A stretch of 64,000 bases of DNA from Phycisphaerae bacterium (GTDB taxonomy: Bacteria; Planctomycetota; Phycisphaerae; UBA1845): positions 1,125 to 65,124 of the forward strand of contig JAJDEA010000252.1 in NCBI GenBank assembly GCA_029260035.1, in the 5' to 3' direction. A program made the position numbers and the translations under genes. Every line of letters begins with the position of its first letter. The first letter of the stretch is position 1. Below the pieces are notes generated by a model. It saw nothing but the letters and a program-made list of their open reading frames with translations. It ran no database searches and was not told the DNA's origin. Shown here one piece after another: positions 58,654-64,000 of the stretch.

Positions 58654-58851
58654 AATTTTTCAGTTAGCTGGAAAAACACGGTAAGAGGCAAATCCTGCGC
58701 AGACTCCGTCCCCGTCAACTTCCCACAATCCTCAAAAAACAAGGCTGAAAAGTATCGCACGACTCTGCAACTCGCACCAACCGAAACGAAATCGGCAAGG
58801 CGAGGCCTTCTTTGACTTTCCTGCTCCATACAGCCAAGAGCTTCGGCAGCT

Positions 58852-58859
58852 CTACCGCC
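58852..58859 (-). promoter_or_regulatory. ops-like octamer GGCGGTAG upstream of the long minus-strand operon
   Basis: Minus strand reads GGGCGGTAGAGCTG. The core matches; the downstream TG is shifted by 1 nt from GGCGGTAGnnTG. Confidence 0.25.
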
Positions 58860-59024
58860 CAAGCCCTCAATCGCTGCTGACGTTATTGTTATCGGCCAGT
58901 TCGGGTGATGACCGTCAAAGGGGGGAACAACTCTTTAAACTCACGGCTCGCAGCAGTGTTATCCCGACAGGAGATTTCGATAGTCCCCGCAATCGCATTG
59001 CCCGCAAGTCTCCAGCTGCTTCCC

Positions 59025-60131
59025 CTATTTTGACTGGCGGGAAGCCACTTCCATGGCGGAATCGCATTTGTCTGACGATTCGGCATCGCTCCGACTGCCT
59101 AGCACCAAGGGCTGATCGGTTCGGGATGATTCATACAAAGCGTTCGCAATTTCTACTGCCCGAAGGCCTGACCACCCATCCGCCAACGCAACGCATTCAC
59201 CAGCAATCATCTTGCCGAATTCGGCGATCTCAGTCTCGAAAGAGCATAACGTCGTCGTCTGCCACCCCTTGAGTTTCTCCCGAATGATGATTCCCGGATA
59301 CCGCTTCTTGATCTTCTTGCGTGGCCCGCCAGGCTTGTCTTGCGTAACGAGGAGATTGAACATCGGAGCATATGCACCGCGAACCATGCCGTTGTCGCCA
59401 TACGCCTCTATTACGACTTGATACCCAATCCACTCGCTCCACGTTGATTGAAAGATAATCGGAACGCCCGATTCACTCTTCATAATCGCAACCGCATTGT
59501 CCTCCGAGCCCGGCACATTCCAGACCCGATTACTCGCGACCCCAAAAACTTCCTTCACCTCTCCCGCAACAAAGCGGGCCAGGTCCGTCATATGAATCCC
59601 AACATCCATCATCGCCCCGCCACCAGACAGCTCCGATTTATAATTCCAATCAGCTCGGAAATTCGCCAGGCCATCATGGCCACCGAAAACACGAAGATGG
59701 TCGAGCCGCCCAATCGTTCCCGCTTCAACGACATCTTTTACGAATTTCATTGCGGGATAGAACCTATGGTTAAATCCCACTGCCAACGTCTTGCCCGTAC
59801 GTTCGGCTGTTGCGAGGATTCGCTTGCACGACTCAACCGAGTTGGACAGTGGTTTCTCGCAAAGAACATGTTTACCCCCCTCAAAGGCCGCAATACACAT
59901 CTCTTCATGCAAATGAACGGGCGTCGAAACAATCAGCGCATCGATTTGATCGTCACTGACAAGATCACGATAATCTGATATCGCCTTGGCCGACGTTCCG
60001 GAAACCGCTCGTTGTGCGGCAGCCAAATCAGGGTCAGCGACCGCTGCAAGAGACGCGACTCGATCGCTCTCAACAGATTTCGCCCGTAACAGCCCGATCT
60101 CACCCGCCCCGATGACTCCAATTCGCATCAT
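59025..60131 (-). CDS. Gfo/Idh/MocA family oxidoreductase (probable NDP-sugar dehydrogenase)
   Basis: IGVIGAG.IG, STPVHLH, KHVLCEKP, GFNHRF, GGGAMMDVGIH. Start trimmed to MMRIG. Confidence 0.92.
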   Translation of the reverse strand: MMRIGVIGAGEIGLLRAKSVESDRVASLAAVADPDLAAAQRAVSGTSAKAISDYRDLVSDDQIDALIVSTPVHLHEEMCIAAFEGGKHVLCEKPLSNSVESCKRILATAERTGKTLAVGFNHRFYPAMKFVKDVVEAGTIGRLDHLRVFGGHDGLANFRADWNYKSELSGGGAMMDVGIHMTDLARFVAGEVKEVFGVASNRVWNVPGSEDNAVAIMKSESGVPIIFQSTWSEWIGYQVVIEAYGDNGMVRGAYAPMFNLLVTQDKPGGPRKKIKKRYPGIIIREKLKGWQTTTLCSFETEIAEFGKMIAGECVALADGWSGLRAVEIANALYESSRTDQPLVLGSRSDAESSDKCDSAMEVASRQSK

Positions 60132-60265
60132 AACCGCCACCTTTTTGTCTTTTTTGGCTTGCCGCGACCAGCTTTTTCTAACGTACACCGATCAACAACC
60201 CGACGCAGTAGAATAACTGGATACCAGTGCAAATTCCATTTACCGGACGTTATAATACCAATCCA

Positions 60266-61174
60266 ATGACAAGCGAATCTCAAACATCTAAAATGTCCGT
60301 AGTCGTACCATCGGTCAATGGCTTGGGCGATCTTATCGGTTGCCTGCAAGCTCTTGAAAACGAACGAAAAACGACTGAACTTGAGGTTCTCGTCGTGGAC
60401 CGCTGTGGTCAGCAGGTACGCGAAAAAGTCCGCCAGAACTTCCCGGATGCCATCATTATCGAAGTCGAGCGAAGTGTCACCATTCCTCAGATGCGCGCTC
60501 GCGCCTTTCAAGTGGCCAAAGGAAGCGCCGTCGCAGTAATCGAAGACCATGTAATCGTCCCGCCGGGCTGGGCAAAGGCTATGCTAAGTGCTCTTTCCGA
60601 GACGACACCAATTGTTGGAGGATCGGTAGAAAACGCTGCGACACAGCGGTGGGTGGATTGGGCAGCGTTCCTGTGTGAATACAGTCATTGCATCTTGCCC
60701 ATTCCCGAAGGCAGTGTCGAATGGCTAACAGGAAACAATGTTATCTACCGCCGCGAACTGCTGGACCGCTTCCGTGAAGCGATTGAAGCGGGCAAGTGGG
60801 AAAATCATCTACACGAGGCCATTCGCAAAGCGGGGATTCCATTAACCTGCAGGCCGGAAATTTGCGTCGGGCACAAGAAACATTATACTTTCGCCGAATA
60901 TCTCTCGCAGCGATATCTGTATGCACGTTCGTATGCTGGTGCGCGCATGGCGGGCGAGTCGTTTGCTAAGCGGATCGCAGTTGGGTGCGCGGCTTTCGCG
61001 CTACCACCAATCTTGTTCTACCGAACTGTTTCGAGGATTCTTCAAAGGAAACGACACCGCAAGGAGTTGTTTATTTCCTTGCCGGCTATTGGCCTCTTTG
61101 TTTGCGCATGGGCACTCGGCGAGATTGCTGGGTATTGGATGGGTCCGGGTGATTCTCTGAGCAAAGTGTGCTAG
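60266..61174 (+). CDS. GT2-like glycosyltransferase with an EDH motif
   Basis: SVVVPS, VLVVD, VAVIEDH, VGGSVEN, NVIYRR, GEIAGY. ORF open from GTG 60227. Confidence 0.82.
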   Translation: MTSESQTSKMSVVVPSVNGLGDLIGCLQALENERKTTELEVLVVDRCGQQVREKVRQNFPDAIIIEVERSVTIPQMRARAFQVAKGSAVAVIEDHVIVPPGWAKAMLSALSETTPIVGGSVENAATQRWVDWAAFLCEYSHCILPIPEGSVEWLTGNNVIYRRELLDRFREAIEAGKWENHLHEAIRKAGIPLTCRPEICVGHKKHYTFAEYLSQRYLYARSYAGARMAGESFAKRIAVGCAAFALPPILFYRTVSRILQRKRHRKELFISLPAIGLFVCAWALGEIAGYWMGPGDSLSKVC

Positions 61175-61208
61175 ATTCCATTCCGAGCTTTACAGAAATC
61201 GAAAAAAC

Positions 61209-62027
61209 ATGGGATTTCTCAGCGGCAAAGTGAACCGGGCGCGTGAAGCGGCTCATGTGATCCAAACCTACGCAGCCGACATGAAGACCAGGCTCCGTCT
61301 AGCGTCATGCTATGCGAGCATTTTACGGTCATCAACAAACAGCCAAACGGTCAATCTCCTCCTGGAGCTGGCCGGTCGTCGTTTTCCCTTTCAAATGCGA
61401 AAGTGTGACATATTTACACTTGCAGAGGTCTTGCACGAAGAACAATACGCTCTGCAATCTAAACTCCCGGCCAATCCGACGATCATTGATGCTGGCGCTA
61501 ATGTCGGCGCGACCAGCATTTGGTTTATTGCAAATTTCCCGGATTCCAGCTTGCATTGCTTTGAGCCAGATGCAACGAATTTCGGTTACCTGTCAACAAA
61601 TCTCGGCCTCTTTGAGCATGTAAAACTGAATCGCGCTGCAGTTGGTAAGGAAGCTGGACGAATCCAATTGTATCTCGCAGACCATGGCGCGGAGCATTCA
61701 GTCGTCGCCACCGGAAAGGCCACAGAGGTGCAAGAAGTAGATTGCCTTGCTCTCGGCGATTACCTTTTCCAGAATGGAATCAAAGAGGTCGACTTGCTCA
61801 AGCTGGACGTGGAAGGAAGCGAGTTGGATGCACTAAAGGGACTTGGAACAGCTATCGAACGTGTAAGGGTCATTGTCGGCGAAATGCACGAAAAGTTGGT
61901 TGATCCATCTGATTTCTATGCGTTTATCAAGAAGCACGGCTTTCAGGTTCTTCAAAAGAACTATTTCGGCTCGGGCGAGGAAGACGGGGTACATATGTTC
62001 GAAGTATCGCGACCCAACAGTCACTGA
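61209..62027 (+). CDS. FkbM family methyltransferase
   Basis: IIDAGANVG, CFEPD, VDLLKLDVEGSE, GEMH. Confidence 0.93.
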   Translation: MGFLSGKVNRAREAAHVIQTYAADMKTRLRLASCYASILRSSTNSQTVNLLLELAGRRFPFQMRKCDIFTLAEVLHEEQYALQSKLPANPTIIDAGANVGATSIWFIANFPDSSLHCFEPDATNFGYLSTNLGLFEHVKLNRAAVGKEAGRIQLYLADHGAEHSVVATGKATEVQEVDCLALGDYLFQNGIKEVDLLKLDVEGSELDALKGLGTAIERVRVIVGEMHEKLVDPSDFYAFIKKHGFQVLQKNYFGSGEEDGVHMFEVSRPNSH

Positions 62028-62123
62028 AAAAATCGCCCGGCTGTTCCTCAGAAAACGAGGGTAATGGCAGTTCAAGAGAAGACTGAATAATACGGCTCTT
62101 TACCGTTATACGCTGAGGCCTTA

Positions 62124-63155
62124 CTACGACGGAGATGCAGGTGTAAGGCCTCGGCCCCAATCCTGCTCGCGGACGGCTTCGGTGATGCGCTCCGCCATTT
62201 CTACTGCAGCGTATCCATCTTCAGCGCTCACCGCCGCAGCTGAACCCGTCTTCACCGATTCAAGAAAAGACTCAATCTCAGCCCGCAACGGCTCCACATC
62301 ATCAACCTCGATCGGCTCGACATTGACCATGGCACCAAAATCAAGATTCTGCATCTCTGACAGGTCTTCGAAATCGCGCTCCTTAGCCATGCGAATCAGG
62401 TCCAGATTATCATCGAGCTTAATCGCCACACCCGATTTTTTCTGGTAATCCATGGACAGATACCCGGTTGGCGCGAAAACACGAATTCTGCGTTCTGTTT
62501 TTAGTGCCAATCGTGAAGCGGTCAGGTTCACCGCAGCATGTTCGCCGAACCGAATCCGCGCGTTAGCAACATCCTCACACACGCCCAACACGCTCACACC
62601 AACCGCATCCACAACATACTCCCGCTGCTGAACGAGGTGCAGCACAATGTCAATATCGTGGATCATCATGTCGAATACCACGCCAATGTCCGCACTTCTA
62701 AACGTAAACGGGCTAATACGTTGAGTTTCGATGAACCGAGGCGTAACACCCATCCGAAGCATCGCTTGCACCACAGGGTTGAATCGCTCGGAATGGCCAA
62801 CCTGAAGCAGGCAATTGTGCTTGCGCGATGCGTCCAGGAGCTGCTTTGCCGAAGTCGTATCCGGAGCCAACGGCTTTTCGACCAACACCGGAACACCTGC
62901 CTCCAAGAGGGGAATCACAACTTCCGCGTGATAGACTGTTGGCACGGCAACGGTAGCCGCGTCGATGTCACCTGGGACGTCGGCCATACTTTGATACGCC
63001 TTACCCCCATGCTCCGACGCCATCTTCCGTGCCCGGTCGATGTCTTTATCAACGACAGCTACCAGTTCACAGCTATCCAACTCGCCGTAGATGCGCGCGT
63101 GGTGTCGGCCCATGTGTCCGACACCAACCACGGCAGTGCGTAGAGGAGATTTCAT
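62124..63155 (-). CDS. Gfo/Idh/MocA oxidoreductase, GnnA-like (candidate UDP-GlcNAc 3-dehydrogenase)
   Basis: VVGVGHMGRHHAR, VLVEKP, VGHSERFNP, R.SPF..RS.DIGVV.DMMIHDID, ANARI.F, LTASR. Immediately downstream of lpxA. Confidence 0.85.
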   Translation of the reverse strand: MKSPLRTAVVGVGHMGRHHARIYGELDSCELVAVVDKDIDRARKMASEHGGKAYQSMADVPGDIDAATVAVPTVYHAEVVIPLLEAGVPVLVEKPLAPDTTSAKQLLDASRKHNCLLQVGHSERFNPVVQAMLRMGVTPRFIETQRISPFTFRSADIGVVFDMMIHDIDIVLHLVQQREYVVDAVGVSVLGVCEDVANARIRFGEHAAVNLTASRLALKTERRIRVFAPTGYLSMDYQKKSGVAIKLDDNLDLIRMAKERDFEDLSEMQNLDFGAMVNVEPIEVDDVEPLRAEIESFLESVKTGSAAAVSAEDGYAAVEMAERITEAVREQDWGRGLTPASPS

Positions 63156-63169
63156 AGTTGGCTGCCCTT

Positions 63170-64000
63170 TTAGGTTTTCGTTGATTGAAGTGTGAACGTT
63201 GCCGTCACTTGCTTGGCCTGATCGAGTACGATGTCGACGGGATTAGCCTTACTATCCAAGCTGCCGTTCCATCCGGCAAACGCCCAACCTACGTCAGCCT
63301 TGGCTGTCAACTTAACGACTTTTGGCGATTGTTCATTGTTTTTATGCCACTCATCTGCCACAATCCCGTTACCAATCACTTTGATCTTCAGCTGTTGATC
63401 TTCGTCGGGCTTCCAGGTATTTCGGTGAACGGGGTCGGAGCGGAGAGATTCCAGATATCGACCATGTCGGCCATGCGCAAACGAACGCATCAAACTTTCG
63501 CATAGATACAAGACGTGGGGATTGATTGCCGGCTTGTCCATAATGGCCTGAACGCGTTCACTAATAGCGGTTCCGGATTGTCGCGCCTTGCGAGAAAACA
63601 ATTTCATAAACGCCGTCTTCAACGCGCCGATATCTTCATTGGAATATCCGTTTCGCTGCAATCCAACACCATTGACCATCCGCACTTCAGATCGAGTCCC
63701 CCTGGCCGCAACAACGAGCAGGAATGGAGGAACATCCGCAGCAATCCGCGTCATCCCTCCAATAAATGCATGTCTACCTATTGTCACAAAATGATGAACG
63801 GCGCTATGCCCTCCCATATTCACATGATCTTCAACCTTAACATGGCCCGCAAACTGCACATAATTGGCAAAAATACATTGGCTCCCAATTTGACAATCAT
63901 GGGCCACATGCACGCCGATAAGGAAGAGATTGTTGTCGCCGATTCGTGTCACGCCCCCACCGTTACCTGTACCCGGATGAGCCGTCACCATTTCTCGAAA
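63170..64000 (-). CDS. lpxA: UDP-N-acetylglucosamine O-acyltransferase with a C-terminal extra domain (5' end outside the window)
   Basis: FREMVTAHPGT, HVAHDC, AGHV, GGHSAVHHF, DVPPF, NGVGLQRNGY. The reading frame is open to the window edge. Confidence 0.93.
   Translation of the reverse strand, partial: FREMVTAHPGTGNGGGVTRIGDNNLFLIGVHVAHDCQIGSQCIFANYVQFAGHVKVEDHVNMGGHSAVHHFVTIGRHAFIGGMTRIAADVPPFLLVVAARGTRSEVRMVNGVGLQRNGYSNEDIGALKTAFMKLFSRKARQSGTAISERVQAIMDKPAINPHVLYLCESLMRSFAHGRHGRYLESLRSDPVHRNTWKPDEDQQLKIKVIGNGIVADEWHKNNEQSPKVVKLTAKADVGWAFAGWNGSLDSKANPVDIVLDQAKQVTATFTLQSTKT

Noticed and set aside
1..64000. PEP-CTERM substrates, CRISPR arrays, tRNA/rRNA, IS elements, Rho-independent terminators
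   Set aside because: None recognised by eye. No VPEP-TM-basic tail in any ORF, and no clear hairpin plus U-tract at the convergent junctions (4074-4244, 38065-38079, 62028-62123).

Overview
About 58 kb of cell-surface glycan genes (4245-62027) flanked by housekeeping genes. On the left are accC (running off the window), accB, an M24 peptidase and kdsA; on the right are a Gfo/Idh/MocA (GnnA-like) oxidoreductase and lpxA (running off the window). Gene style suggests a diderm bacterium, possibly Planctomycetota/Phycisphaerae; this is inference only. The glycan region has three long blocks. (A) A ~21 kb minus-strand Wzx/Wzy-type operon (25200->4245): flippase, polymerase/ligase, GT2/GT4/GT26 enzymes, RmlC/RmlD-like genes, deacetylase, SGNH protein, a GT-C, a sulfatase-fold protein and a methyltransferase. 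(B) A divergent plus-strand operon (26216->38064): exosortase, EpsI-like protein, Wzc-like autokinase, priming phosphoglycosyl transferase, a 1400-aa TPR protein and a DPPR-synthase-like UbiA. (C) A ~22 kb minus-strand block (60131->38080) with five GT-C-like membrane proteins, a DPM1-like GT2, a membrane sulfatase-fold protein, a second flippase, an ICMT-like protein and an FAD oxidoreductase. The most unusual signals are: the exosortase and the priming transferase each carry an N-terminal, apparently catalytically dead NDP-sugar-pyrophosphorylase-like domain; LpxA carries a C-terminal InlB-B-repeat-like domain; Corynebacteriales-style DPPR-synthase, AftB-like and MptA/B-like genes are present; and two sulfatase-fold proteins lack the FGly motif. 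No rRNA, tRNA, CRISPR array or transposase was seen. All family calls come from motifs recognised by eye, with no database searches.
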